This document shows positions 29,301-39,126 of a DNA stretch of 64,000 bases, piece by piece (positions within the stretch are counted from its first letter, which is position 1; every line of letters starts with the position of its first letter). Where the stretch lies: the NCBI GenBank assembly GCA_043800705.1, contig JAZDMS010000010.1:32001-96000 (forward strand), in the 5' to 3' direction. The notes beneath the pieces were generated by a model. The model was not told the DNA's origin and did no database searches. It worked only from the letters and a program-made list of their open reading frames with translations. Made by a program: the position numbers and the translations under genes. The stretch is from Candidatus Altiarchaeota archaeon. Lineage in GTDB: Archaea; Altiarchaeota; Altiarchaeia; IMC4; SCGC-AAA252-I15.

Positions 29301-29648
29301 TACACCCTCCGGATGCACACGATGGCGGGATACGGGGACGTCTTCCAGGACAACATCGGCTGCAACTGGACGATACAGTTCGAGGACGACACATCGTTCA
29401 CCTCCCCGCTGCCGTCGTCCTACAACGGCTCGGAATCATGCTACTTCACGAACGCCAGCATAGACTACGCCGACGACGACGCGATGAACGACGCCATCTA
29501 CCGACTTCTCGTCCAGCTCGACCTGGACCGCAACGGGAAGGTCGACCTCCTCTTCGACCCGGCGATGATAGAATTCGAACTCAGCCAGGCCAGCGGGATA
29601 CAGTCCCTTTGGGGGCCGGCGAAATTCAAGCTCATAGTGTGGATGTGA
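26388..29648 (+). CDS. Large pilin-like adhesin with VWA domain
   Basis: MKRG|YAIILDA; MIDAS DVSGS..GGT..MTDG; Cys-rich inserts. Confidence 0.8.
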   Translation: MKRGYAIILDAVVALTFVLVIMASFLGIVKTSSIVSESSMVRLHYVSEDALDVLNKKGVLDYVGEEWAAADGNRSSGHFANANLTLSSYLERILPPNVGYRITIDDDVVAENISRIPLDSSTSLTHSTRLLVGYGKGLPTRGNVARAALNNIKEKETSSYTYFGGFVGEGNITVYVRDIPADADILSCCLEVNTPSDYDLYINDQLAGSFSPVSSSDMSATLRDRSQTGCPVPSGTGSGCVAGCSPLISPGEDNEFEIRFTGSDISEQYVGGGYIHVLYNTNTMDTDEAVKMSRYYFPGIDGIINLYDSFYVPGRLQSMDARIRYKSNYSTFLDIGDITVFNSSGGDPDWQEVNISDSNFLTMGFIYSSGGFPQDLTSLSMNTVPLRFGSKNISQVIASGNADVVLITDVSGSMAWRIGYTDSTSGTTRDCNSPNLYDADTRRISLAKCLDKQFINTVMNRSGNRMALISFDDLAEADGRNPYHLTDAQNNASLIAQINSYSNSPSGGTCICCAINLAYEILQAERDPGKDAYIIVMTDGIAGKNCGGCSYGRGPIFTSSFEDASEASSWMVDPVRTTASTGYYFGMSDNGSIGAHTGDSYLGIWGNFTGYLVLNRTKIDISNYTDVNVSVWYSYESTESTDRLAFLYWNGTRWRTVFNITNPNIGNGNQAAWRNAWALIPSTVENLTLQFMGRTDNTSEREHVMIDDLEVQGHGLYTCDSCGGNCSSKTGTDSCGGNPSDCYNNACYPAIYDTICSAKRAHNDLGAEIRSIGFGPATVGCLTAETTLMGVATCGEGDYCPGGNATAAASCYLNFSTQIFDSSTRSQSIVFGGAFEESVLDPISYIEFTFEPENRSSYGEVSLKRSTCRFADTVSCTGDIAVPSGAVVSDAKVTSYSGPQWTDYVTLASSGSPDTVYNLGAWGSGYQVLGDPFIVNIPVEYVESDVNNEIYVRTGNSSSSPTGCSPDDKAIYTLRMHTMAGYGDVFQDNIGCNWTIQFEDDTSFTSPLPSSYNGSESCYFTNASIDYADDDAMNDAIYRLLVQLDLDRNGKVDLLFDPAMIEFELSQASGIQSLWGPAKFKLIVWM

Positions 29649-29653
29649 TATAT

Positions 29654-32302
29654 ATGAAACGGAAAGGGATGTTTTTCACGATATCGATAGTCCTGCTGGT
29701 AGTCCCGCTCATACTCTTCGTCGCATACTACTACACGTCCACGCAGACCAAGGTCCAGGACACGATATCAAAGGTCCGCTGCGACGAACTCCACTACTTC
29801 GTCGAAGACGTCAGGGAGGACATGGAACGGGCGCTCGTCATATTCGGCCGCAGGGCAGCCATCTATGCCCTAAGCGATGTCGTGGAAAAGGGCAGCTCCC
29901 TTGGCGGGTACGTCTTCAACTGCACCTCCACCTGCCGACTCGACTGCTCGAAGTTCGCCTTCGCAGTCAACGGATCGGAGGCGGCGATCGCGGAGCTCTC
30001 CGTCTGCGGCACCCTCTACGGCAGGAACGTCTCGTACATGGCCAACCACACCCTCTCCCAGTGGATAACCCGCATCGAAACCCACGGCTCGGACATGCAC
30101 TTCAACGTCAGCATAGACCTGAAGAGCGTCGAGCTGGCGATGAGCGACCCGTGGACCTTCCACTCGTTCACCAACAGCACGTTCAAGGTATACGACGAGG
30201 CCAAAGTCTGCTACTTTGTCGGCGACAGCGTGACGACGTCGTCGGCTACGTCCATCCTCGGCCTCGAAGACCCCCTCTTCCCGCTTTACACAGGCGGCCA
30301 GATGGACAAATACATGCTGAATTGCACCGTCCCGATCATCCTCCAGCTCAAGGCCGGATGCAGCGCTGACCCCGATTCGCCGGGCAACGGGACCGCCTCC
30401 GGCTACGTCGTCTTCGACTCCGATATCGGGGACGCTGACACATACTGCCAGAACACCCCCGGCATCAATGGCCAGATCCTCGTCCTGGACGGCGGCTTCG
30501 GCAGCTGCAACGCATACGAGGGCGACTGCTTCAACGCAAGCAGCCCCAACCACTTCGCAGGCGTCTTGGATTACGGGCCCAACAATCCTCAGAGCTTCAT
30601 CAACAAATGCGATGTCACCATACCATGGCTCATGGACACCGGAGACATAGACGACGAGGCTCCAAGGAGCCCGCCAAGGAGGGTGCCGTCATGCGCCGGC
30701 GGCGACATAGCGGACGGCGAATGCATACAGCTGAGGAACAGCGGCCTTTGCGGCATACACGACATCCTGCTGGGGTGCCCGTCCGACAGGGTCAACACCA
30801 CCTGCTACCAGGCAAGCAACGCAAGCCTCATGGGCGGCTTCGACGGGCCGAGCTTCTTCGACAGGCTCGACGGGAGCCTTAGACTTGGAGAAAAATACCT
30901 CAACCAGAGCATGCTACATTTCAACACGACCCTGATAGGCGTCGAGACGCTCGTCAACCCCTACGTCCTCGACGACCACGACGTCAAGGTGAAATCAAAC
31001 GCATCCTGGGTCGACTACCTTTACTGGAACGGAACGTACGGCTGCGCTGCCATCGGCACCTGCTCACTCGACGAATACAACTTCCGCTTCGACGACCCGC
31101 ACGCGAGCATATACTCCGTAGACACCTCATGCGTGAACGTCACCGGCTGCGGAATATCGGAATCCTGCGTGGACGACGTCGACGAGGACCTCGACGGCCT
31201 GCCGGACTGGCTCGACCCATCATGCGCCGGCAGCTTCGCGGAATGCGGGACCATAATATCGTGCGACCCGACCGACAGCGACTACTGCGGGACATGCGAC
31301 TACCAAAGCCCCAAGCCGATAGCGGAAAACACCCAGGCAACGTGCCTCAACTACGGATACAACGACACCGAATGGCACTTCTACTCGGTGACGCCGACCC
31401 AGGACGGCCTCTTAACCGTGAGATTCAACGGCACAGCCACCCCGACCGGGAACAAGAAAACAGACATGGTCGTATACAACTACACCGAAAGGGGCTGTTC
31501 GATCCCGGTCGAGCACGATTTCGACATGGAACGCAACTACGAGAATGCATTCTGCGTCGGCGCAGGCCAGACGTACGTCGTCGCCCTCGACTCGGACAGC
31601 GTATACGGCGAAAACGGCGCATACAACCTCTCCGTAACGCTGACGCCTGGCAGCCCCTCATGCCCCGCCGCTCCCTCGACCATGGAGTCGACATCCTCAT
31701 CGTCGATCGCCGGCTCGTCGTCCTACTCCTCCAGCAGCATATTCAGCACCTCAAGCTACAGCTCAAGCTCCGCCAGCAGCTCAAGCAGCGTGCCATGCGG
31801 CTTCTTCGACGACATGGAAGACTCAGACAACGGCTGGACCCACGACGGAGCCAACGAGGACTGGGAGCGCGGAACCCCAACATGGCTGTCGGCAGACGGC
31901 AAATACGCATACTCCGGGACAGACTGCTGGGCCACAAACCTCAACGGCAACTACGCCAACAACATGAACGGGACCCTCCTAAGCCCCCCCATATACATCC
32001 CCGCATCATCCTCCCCCCTCCTCCTGTTCCACGTCAAATACAGCATAGAATACTACAACTCCGGAACCGGGAAGGGGGACCGCGGATTCGTGGAAGCATC
32101 GTCTGACGGGATCAACTGGGACCGGCTGGGCGTCTACTCCAACACCGTATCCGACCAGTCACAGAACGGCTGGATACAGAAAACATACTCCCTCGACCCC
32201 TACCGGGGGGGCAATGTCCGGTTACGATACCGGCTCAGGTCCGACGGGAATATACGCCGAGCCGGCCTCTACATAGATGACGTAAACGTCACCTGCTCAT
32301 AG
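29654..32302 (+). CDS. Large pilin-like surface protein with Ser-rich linker and C-terminal InhA/MAM-like beta domain
   Basis: MKRKG|MFFTI; WERGTP, AYSG..CWATNL, GLYIDDV. Confidence 0.75.
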   Translation: MKRKGMFFTISIVLLVVPLILFVAYYYTSTQTKVQDTISKVRCDELHYFVEDVREDMERALVIFGRRAAIYALSDVVEKGSSLGGYVFNCTSTCRLDCSKFAFAVNGSEAAIAELSVCGTLYGRNVSYMANHTLSQWITRIETHGSDMHFNVSIDLKSVELAMSDPWTFHSFTNSTFKVYDEAKVCYFVGDSVTTSSATSILGLEDPLFPLYTGGQMDKYMLNCTVPIILQLKAGCSADPDSPGNGTASGYVVFDSDIGDADTYCQNTPGINGQILVLDGGFGSCNAYEGDCFNASSPNHFAGVLDYGPNNPQSFINKCDVTIPWLMDTGDIDDEAPRSPPRRVPSCAGGDIADGECIQLRNSGLCGIHDILLGCPSDRVNTTCYQASNASLMGGFDGPSFFDRLDGSLRLGEKYLNQSMLHFNTTLIGVETLVNPYVLDDHDVKVKSNASWVDYLYWNGTYGCAAIGTCSLDEYNFRFDDPHASIYSVDTSCVNVTGCGISESCVDDVDEDLDGLPDWLDPSCAGSFAECGTIISCDPTDSDYCGTCDYQSPKPIAENTQATCLNYGYNDTEWHFYSVTPTQDGLLTVRFNGTATPTGNKKTDMVVYNYTERGCSIPVEHDFDMERNYENAFCVGAGQTYVVALDSDSVYGENGAYNLSVTLTPGSPSCPAAPSTMESTSSSSIAGSSSYSSSSIFSTSSYSSSSASSSSSVPCGFFDDMEDSDNGWTHDGANEDWERGTPTWLSADGKYAYSGTDCWATNLNGNYANNMNGTLLSPPIYIPASSSPLLLFHVKYSIEYYNSGTGKGDRGFVEASSDGINWDRLGVYSNTVSDQSQNGWIQKTYSLDPYRGGNVRLRYRLRSDGNIRRAGLYIDDVNVTCS

Positions 32303-32346
32303 TACTCGGATTTTAACCCGTCCGGGTAATCATTAAACTCCTTAGG

Positions 32347-33888
32347 ATGACAGAAATCAAGGCCAGACTTCTGGGGGGTGTACAGGAAAAAAAGAAGACC
32401 GGCGCCGAGAGGCTAAAGTCTATCCTGGAGGAGATAAAAACCAGAGGCACCGTCACGGAAAGCGAACTTGCCAAAGCCACAGAAATTGACAAGGCCGCCC
32501 TGAAAAAATACATCAAATACCTCAGCGACAACGGCCTGATAACCATACAACGGCGGTTCTTCAGGGCGGCTGAAATATCCGCCGCCGGGGGCAGAACCAT
32601 GAAAACCCCCCCAAAACAGGAGGAACGCCCCCCGGAACCCTCCACGGAGGAAACAGCCGCAGAAGAACCCGACAGGGAGGAAAAACCTCCGCCTGCCCCG
32701 CCACAAAAAACGGGGGAAAATCAGGCACCTGCATCTGAGCCATTGCCTGAAAAGGAGCCGCCCGCCGAACAGCCCCCCAAGGAGACGGAATCCCAGAAAA
32801 CCGACCTGGAACCGAAAAGCCCCCCGATACAGGGAGGCGAGAAGGTCATACCCGCCACCGAAGCCGAACTGAAGGAAGTGTGCGAGAGCCTCGTAACCGA
32901 CTTCTTAGGCGTCATACGCCTCTTCGGAGAGATCCAGGGCAAATCGTACACCGCAGGCCTGCTCATAGACAAGGGAGACATCATAGCATCCTCATTCGAG
33001 CACATGGACACGGTCGAGATCCTCTACGGAGACGAAGCCCTCAGACAGATGCAGGAGAAATTCTGCGGCACCAGGGGAGACCTCGAGATCTACGAGCTGT
33101 CCGAGGAAGACCTCAACGAGTCCCTCATCAAGAACATCAACTACCTCCTCACCACCCCGATAAAGCTCTCGACCCTAAAGATAAAGATAAAGACGACAAC
33201 CCCCCCTCCCGAGGAGAGACGATACATGTTCTCGAACCTCGCGTGCATGTTCAACCGCCCGGACCCCAAAGCCAAGGAAGAAAGGATGACGGTGCTGAAG
33301 GAGATGAAAAAGCGGAGGGTCGAGAAACTCAGCGGAGGACTCAACCTCGTCGACTTCGCAAGAAACCTCGTATTCGACCCTGCGAAGGCGAAACGGTTCG
33401 AGGAGCTGAGAAAGGCCATGCAGAAGACCGCGCCGGAACAAGGCCGCGAAGACCCCCGCAAGGCCGCAAGGTTCGAGGAATTGAAAAACCAGCGGATGCT
33501 GCTTAAGGGCATCATCCCCCAGCAGGGCGGTCCCATGTCCAAGGAAGAACGGATCGAAAAATTCAAACAGGAGCACAAACCAATACAGGCCCTGCCGGAG
33601 AAGCTGGACAAGATCCCTGTAAAAGCCGTCAAGGAGGGGAAAAAGATAGAGACGAACATCGACAGATTCTACGATTACGTCAAAAGCAATGGCAAGCTGA
33701 AGCTCAACGACGCACTGTCGCTAAAATTGAAGGTCAGCAAGACCCAGCTCGAAGCCTGGGCGATGATACTGGAGGAGCACAGCCTCCTGGAACTCCGATA
33801 CCCGACGATCGGGGAGCCTGAAGTCGCATACAACGCCCCGGAAAAACCGGTAAAAACGGATGATGCAGATGGCAGAAAAAAAAGATAA
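32347..33888 (+). CDS. Pilus-associated cytoplasmic protein (wHTH, Pro/Glu linker, DUF2226-like domain, HTH-like C-terminus)
   Basis: SELAKAT..LKKYIKYLSDNGLI; ILYGDEAL; WAMILEEHSLLELRYP. Confidence 0.65.
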   Translation: MTEIKARLLGGVQEKKKTGAERLKSILEEIKTRGTVTESELAKATEIDKAALKKYIKYLSDNGLITIQRRFFRAAEISAAGGRTMKTPPKQEERPPEPSTEETAAEEPDREEKPPPAPPQKTGENQAPASEPLPEKEPPAEQPPKETESQKTDLEPKSPPIQGGEKVIPATEAELKEVCESLVTDFLGVIRLFGEIQGKSYTAGLLIDKGDIIASSFEHMDTVEILYGDEALRQMQEKFCGTRGDLEIYELSEEDLNESLIKNINYLLTTPIKLSTLKIKIKTTTPPPEERRYMFSNLACMFNRPDPKAKEERMTVLKEMKKRRVEKLSGGLNLVDFARNLVFDPAKAKRFEELRKAMQKTAPEQGREDPRKAARFEELKNQRMLLKGIIPQQGGPMSKEERIEKFKQEHKPIQALPEKLDKIPVKAVKEGKKIETNIDRFYDYVKSNGKLKLNDALSLKLKVSKTQLEAWAMILEEHSLLELRYPTIGEPEVAYNAPEKPVKTDDADGRKKR

Positions 33889-35416
33889 GGAAGCGAAGGA
33901 GGCCGAAGTGCTGGACAGCTATGAGCTGGAGGCCGATGGGATAAAGACCCCCGTCCAGATAGTAATGAAGGACTTCGTCCCCCATTACAAGCTCATACTC
34001 CCCGAACTCGACGTCGCTACGATCGCGCTCATGGACGACATAAAGGACCGGCTCATATCCGGGGTTGAGATGAGCACCAGCGAAATACTCGACCCCAAAC
34101 AGCTCGGCCAGCTGACGAAGGAATTCTCTAACAGCGCCGACACCATCATAAACGAGGAACTGGGCAGCCTCAACGAAGACGTCAAAAAACACCTGGTCCA
34201 CCGCATGCTCCACGAGCTCCTAGGACTCGACGAGATAGAATACTTCCTCTCCGACCCCAACCTCGAAGAGATCATCGTAAACTCCGCGTCGGAGCCGATA
34301 AGGGTCTACCACAAGAAGTGGGGCTGGCTCCTGACCAACATCACCCCTGTCAGCGAGATGCGGATACAGAACTACGCCAACACGATAGCGCGGCGCGTAG
34401 GGCGGGAAATAACGACATTGAACCCCCTCCTGGACGCCCACCTTGTCAGCAAGGACAGGGCGAACGCGATACTCACGCCGATCGCCACCAAGGGAAACAC
34501 CATCACCATCAGGAAATTCGCCCGCGACCCCTGGACAGCGACGGACTTCATTAACTCAGGCACCGCGTCCCCCGACGTCCTCGCCCTCATCTGGCTCATG
34601 ATGCAATACGAGATGAACATCCTCATATCCGGGGGGACCGGTTCGGGGAAGACGAGCTTCCTGAACATAATGATGCCGTTCATACCCCCCAACCACAGGA
34701 TAATCAGCATAGAGGACACCCGTGAACTGCAGCTGCCGGAATTCCTCTACTGGTGCCCCCTCACCACCCGCGAACCCAACCCCGAAGGAAAGGGCGAAGT
34801 CAACATGCTCGACCTCATAGTCAACGCCCTCCGGATGAGACCCGACCGGATAGTCATGGGCGAGATAAGGAAGAAGAGGGAGGCGGAAGTCCTGTTCGAG
34901 GCAATGCACACAGGCCACAGCGTCTACGGCACCATCCACGCCGACACATGCGAACAGACGATAACGCGGATTACGAACCCCCCCATAGACATCCCCCACA
35001 CGATGCTCGAGGCAGTCCACCTCAACGTCGTCATGTTCCGCGACAGACGACGCGGCATAAGGCGCATCTTCGAGGTCGGCGAATTCCTCGTCGACGAGGA
35101 CAAACGGCACTCGGGCGATATAAGGTACAAACCCAACATCATCTACCGCTGGGACGCCCGCGACGACAAGATAATACCCAACGTCGAACCCATGCGCCTG
35201 TTCACGGAACTCTACAGGCACACGGGACTGACCAGGGCGGAAGTCGTTGACGACATCAACCAGAAGCGGTCGATACTCGCCTGGATGGTGAGCCACAAGG
35301 TCCGGCAGATCAACGACGTCGGGAAGGTCTTCAATCGCTACTATATCGACAGAAAAACGCTCATGAATGTCGTGGACAACGACGAAGACCCAAAAGCCAT
35401 CATAACGGACCAGTGA
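33869..35416 (+). CDS. Type IV pilus assembly ATPase (CpaF/VirB11/FlaI family)
   Basis: TIRKF, GGTGSGKT, IEDTREL, LRMRPDRIVMGEIR, TGH..TIHA. Confidence 0.93.
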   Translation: MAEKKDKEAKEAEVLDSYELEADGIKTPVQIVMKDFVPHYKLILPELDVATIALMDDIKDRLISGVEMSTSEILDPKQLGQLTKEFSNSADTIINEELGSLNEDVKKHLVHRMLHELLGLDEIEYFLSDPNLEEIIVNSASEPIRVYHKKWGWLLTNITPVSEMRIQNYANTIARRVGREITTLNPLLDAHLVSKDRANAILTPIATKGNTITIRKFARDPWTATDFINSGTASPDVLALIWLMMQYEMNILISGGTGSGKTSFLNIMMPFIPPNHRIISIEDTRELQLPEFLYWCPLTTREPNPEGKGEVNMLDLIVNALRMRPDRIVMGEIRKKREAEVLFEAMHTGHSVYGTIHADTCEQTITRITNPPIDIPHTMLEAVHLNVVMFRDRRRGIRRIFEVGEFLVDEDKRHSGDIRYKPNIIYRWDARDDKIIPNVEPMRLFTELYRHTGLTRAEVVDDINQKRSILAWMVSHKVRQINDVGKVFNRYYIDRKTLMNVVDNDEDPKAIITDQ

Positions 35417-36136
35417 CTACTGGACGACGATCCCGCCGGCGGAGAAATCCATTGTGTGATTGCCTGCGTTTATCCTAGTCTGGCGCATCTTCTCCACAAG
35501 GGCGCTCCTTATCACGTCGTTGCCGACGTTCACCTTGTTGAAATAGATCAGCCCATCGCAGACGAACTCGCTGACCTCGTCCCTCCCCCCATCGGGCCCC
35601 ATCTGCTCGGAGATGAGAAGAGTCGTGACACCCAGGGACTTGATCTTCGACAGGATGTGGTACACGGTCTGCCGCCTCAGCTGGTATGCGTCCAAGGGGA
35701 CCTTGGAATGCAGGTCCATCGACAGCTCCACGAGCCTCGTCTGCTCGGTGTCCTCGAGGATGTTAGTGTAGACCGACAGGACTGAGAGGCTGTCGATGAC
35801 CAGGCGCCTCGCCTTCTTCGCCGCCACCTCATCCCTCAGATACCCCATGAAGCTCTGGATGTCCTTGTGCTTGATGGACAGAAGCGAAAACAGCTTCTCG
35901 TTGCGGATGTCGCTCCACCCGAACTGCTCCGCCTGCTTGATGATGTCCTCCCGAAACTGCTCGAAACTGACGTAGATGCCAGGCTCGCCATTCTTCACAC
36001 CCTCATGGATGAACTGCAGCCCCAAGATGGTTTTGCCAGTGCCCGGCAGGCCCGAAACCAAAACATTGAATCCGACCGGTATGCCGCCCTCAATAAGATC
36101 GTCCAAACCCCCAACACCGGTGGAAACACGCTCCAT
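35417..36136 (-). CDS. KaiC/RAD55-like ATPase
   Basis: STGVGGLDDLIEGG, GLPGTGKT, VSFEQ, VIDS, EKMR. Confidence 0.88.
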   Translation of the reverse strand: MERVSTGVGGLDDLIEGGIPVGFNVLVSGLPGTGKTILGLQFIHEGVKNGEPGIYVSFEQFREDIIKQAEQFGWSDIRNEKLFSLLSIKHKDIQSFMGYLRDEVAAKKARRLVIDSLSVLSVYTNILEDTEQTRLVELSMDLHSKVPLDAYQLRRQTVYHILSKIKSLGVTTLLISEQMGPDGGRDEVSEFVCDGLIYFNKVNVGNDVIRSALVEKMRQTRINAGNHTMDFSAGGIVVQ

Positions 36137-36166
36137 CGAATAGGTATTGGACGACCAAATATTTAA

Positions 36167-36466
36167 CTAACGCGTCCGCCTCCCCTTTAGCGAAGAATTC
36201 TCGGCTGCCTTCCCCCCACTCTCCCCCCCGCCCTTCACAATGGGCCTTGCAGTCTTCCTGCCGGCCTTCTCGGCCCTGCGCCTCTTCTTCTTTTTCTCCA
36301 TCGAATGCTCCAGCATCCGCAGATAGAAGATTATCATGAGAAGAAGCCTCTGCATGGGCGTCGCCTGTATCGCTTTCTTCCTTCTGCCCCTCTTCATCCC
36401 AACCCTCCTTTTGCCCGCCGCTTTTTTGCCCTTCATTCTATCACTGTCAAATATTTTGGAGAACAC
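36167..36466 (-). CDS. Small basic hypothetical protein
   Basis: Lys/Arg-rich ORF with one hydrophobic stretch; start uncertain. Confidence 0.35.
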   Translation of the reverse strand: MFSKIFDSDRMKGKKAAGKRRVGMKRGRRKKAIQATPMQRLLLMIIFYLRMLEHSMEKKKKRRRAEKAGRKTARPIVKGGGESGGKAAENSSLKGRRTR

Positions 36467-36538
36467 CTTAATATCCGTAAAAAACCCGCAGAAACCGCTT
36501 TCCGGCCTTTCTTTAATCCTGGATCATAATATATCCTG

Positions 36539-37438
36539 ATGGCGTCAGTCAAGATACCCCTCCTGTCATCAACACTCTTGAGGAACGCCTCACGGATATT
36601 CATAGGAGTCGGAGACATACTCACCCACCTGTTCCCGAACATGAAGAACATCGTCGAACAATCCGGCGTCAAGGAATCCTACGGCATAAACCACCGCGAA
36701 TACCTCGCCTTCTGCGCGTTCACGTCCCTGCTTATATTCATCGGCCTCGGAGGCCTCATCACCGGCCTCCTGCTGCTAAAACCCGGGTCATCGCCCTCGA
36801 TCGGGCTGATCATAGGCGGGGCCCTGGGCTGCACGTTCTTCATGTACCTCATAGTCTACCCCCAGTCCATAGTCAACAAGCGGGTCAAGAACCTCGAACG
36901 CAACCTCCTGTTCGCCCTGCGCACCCTGCTAATACAGATACGTTCCGGCGTGCCGATATTCAACGCCATGGCGTCCGTCGCCATCGGCAACTACGGGCAG
37001 ATCGCCGACGAATTCAAGCTAGTCGTCGAAAAAGTCAGCGCAGGACGCGACGTCAAGGACGTCCTTGAGGAGATGGCGGTCAGAAACCCCAGCATCTACT
37101 TCAGGCGCGCCCTCTGGCAGATGGTGAACAGCCTCAAATCCGGCAGCGACGTGGGAAAAAACCTCGAAGACGTCATAAAATCCCTCTCGAAGGAGCAGCT
37201 TGTGGAAATCAACAGGTACAAGAGCATCCTCAACCCCCTGTCGATGATGTACATGATGGTCGCAGTAATCGCCCCCTCCCTCGGGATAACGATGCTCATC
37301 ATCCTCTCATTCTTCCCCAACATGGACAAGCTCGCCAACGAAAACATCTTCTGGGGCCTCATGATATGCATCATATTCCTCCAATTCATATTCCTCGGCC
37401 TCATCAAATCCAAGAGGCCGAACCTACTCGGCTCGTAA
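36539..37438 (+). CDS. Type II secretion F / TadC-like pilus platform protein
   Basis: TMs; IQIRSGVP, YGQIADEF, SLKSG. Confidence 0.88.
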   Translation: MASVKIPLLSSTLLRNASRIFIGVGDILTHLFPNMKNIVEQSGVKESYGINHREYLAFCAFTSLLIFIGLGGLITGLLLLKPGSSPSIGLIIGGALGCTFFMYLIVYPQSIVNKRVKNLERNLLFALRTLLIQIRSGVPIFNAMASVAIGNYGQIADEFKLVVEKVSAGRDVKDVLEEMAVRNPSIYFRRALWQMVNSLKSGSDVGKNLEDVIKSLSKEQLVEINRYKSILNPLSMMYMMVAVIAPSLGITMLIILSFFPNMDKLANENIFWGLMICIIFLQFIFLGLIKSKRPNLLGS

Positions 37439-37439
37439 A

Positions 37440-38441
37440 ATGTCCTTCCTGAAACTCCTCGCAAGGGTGCTGCCGCAGGGCATGCGGGAAAAATACTCCA
37501 AAATGGTCGGGTATTCGACGCTGAAAACCAACCCCGACACGTTCATAGGATTCGCCATAACCGCCGGAATCGTCGCGGGATTCCTCCTGACCATCGCCAC
37601 AAACGGGCTAAAACCCCCATGGCCCCTCTCCATGCCCCTCGTCATGTTCACCGTCTCATTTACGGCCATGCAGCTTCTCATCTACATCTGGCTCACCCTC
37701 AACGTCAGCGCGAAAGGGCGCCAGGTCGAGACCGCCCTCCCCGACGCGCTGCAGCTCATGTCCTCAAACATACGCGCAGGCCTCACCACCGACAAGGCCC
37801 TCCTCATGTCCGCCCGCCCGGAATTCGGCGCATTGGAGGAGGAGATCAGGCGCGTGGGCAAGGAGACGATGGCGGGCAGAAACCTCACAGACGCCCTCTC
37901 CAGAATGACGCTGCACATAAAATCCACGGACCTGTCACGCACAGTAGAGCTCATAACCAACAGCATAAAATCCGGCGGCCAGCTCGCGGACCTGCTCGAC
38001 CAGACAGCGGACGACCTCAGGGACCAGCAGATCATCCAAAAGGAGATAAGCGCGAGCGTCCTCATGTATGTCCTGTTCATATTCATAGCCATAGCCATCG
38101 GAGCCCCCATGCTCTTCGCCATGTCCTCATTCCTCGTCGACCTACTGGCCAGGAACATGGCGATGATCTCCAGAGAAATGCCGAAAAACTTCGACGGCGC
38201 AGCCAAGATGCCGATAAAGATGACCGGCCTCAGCATCAGCACCGAATTCATAAAACAATACGCAGTAATATCCATCTCAATCTCCTGCATTATGGGCGCC
38301 ATGATCATGGGCCTCATACTCAAAGGCGAAGAAAAAGAAGGATTCAAATACGTCATCATAATGCTCCCCCTCGCCCTGATAATCTTCTTCGCCGCATCAT
38401 GGGGCCTCGAAATGACCATAGGCGGAATGATGCCGCGCTGA
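37440..38441 (+). CDS. Type II secretion F / TadC-like pilus platform protein
   Basis: LPDALQLMSSNIRAG, EFGAL, KSGGQLADLL. Confidence 0.9.
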   Translation: MSFLKLLARVLPQGMREKYSKMVGYSTLKTNPDTFIGFAITAGIVAGFLLTIATNGLKPPWPLSMPLVMFTVSFTAMQLLIYIWLTLNVSAKGRQVETALPDALQLMSSNIRAGLTTDKALLMSARPEFGALEEEIRRVGKETMAGRNLTDALSRMTLHIKSTDLSRTVELITNSIKSGGQLADLLDQTADDLRDQQIIQKEISASVLMYVLFIFIAIAIGAPMLFAMSSFLVDLLARNMAMISREMPKNFDGAAKMPIKMTGLSISTEFIKQYAVISISISCIMGAMIMGLILKGEEKEGFKYVIIMLPLALIIFFAASWGLEMTIGGMMPR

Positions 38442-38525
38442 CGCGCAGAGGGCTACCCCCTCATTTTTTTGGATTGTAGGCCCCCCTTTTTTTAGCGAGT
38501 TTCGTCGTAAGGCAGCTCCAACCTT

Positions 38526-38650
38526 TCGGATAACATTGGGATTAAGCGAAGTCTGCGGAAGGACTGTCTATTCCTGACGTTTGCGCAGATTTGGGGCGCA
38601 GAGCACCCGACAAGGGTCCGAATGCGCCCGCTTAATCCCGCGTTATCCGA
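38526..38650. repeat. attC-like site A
   Basis: TCGGATAAC-ATTGGGATTAAGCG ... CGCTTAATCCCGC-GTTATCCGA with two internal hairpins. Confidence 0.85.
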
Positions 38651-38697
38651 CCGAGCCCGACAAGGGCGAGGCTTGAGTTTTCGAACTGCCCCTATAC

Positions 38698-39075
38698 TTA
38701 GATAGTTATCTTTTTTTCGATTTTAATATTTTCTCCAGCGTGAGTCTTGATGATGGTATTGAATTCATCTAAATCTTTTGTTATAAGATTTGTCCGCATA
38801 TATGCAACTTGACTGCTTTCTCTTGTTAACTTCAAATCATATGGTCTCATTCCCCCATTAGATAAAAAGACACTACGAAGGATTTCTATTTTATCAAAAT
38901 CTTTCCACGCATAGAATTTATCTGGTTTGATACAATGAATTCCAGTAGAATAAACTTTAAAATATGGTTCAAACGGTTCAAAAATAAAGTTTGTTTGTAA
39001 TAACACTCTAAGTATGTTGTGCTTCTTAGGTTTATCTTCATAGACTAAACTGCCACGTTCTTTTACATCTATCAT
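38698..39075 (-). CDS. Cassette gene: hypothetical 125-aa protein
   Basis: AT-rich ORF filling the A-B cassette. Confidence 0.7.
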   Translation of the reverse strand: MIDVKERGSLVYEDKPKKHNILRVLLQTNFIFEPFEPYFKVYSTGIHCIKPDKFYAWKDFDKIEILRSVFLSNGGMRPYDLKLTRESSQVAYMRTNLITKDLDEFNTIIKTHAGENIKIEKKITI

Positions 39076-39126
39076 GTAGGTTATTGCAATTTCATTAAAA
39101 AGAGTTGTCTGGCAGCTCGAAAATTG

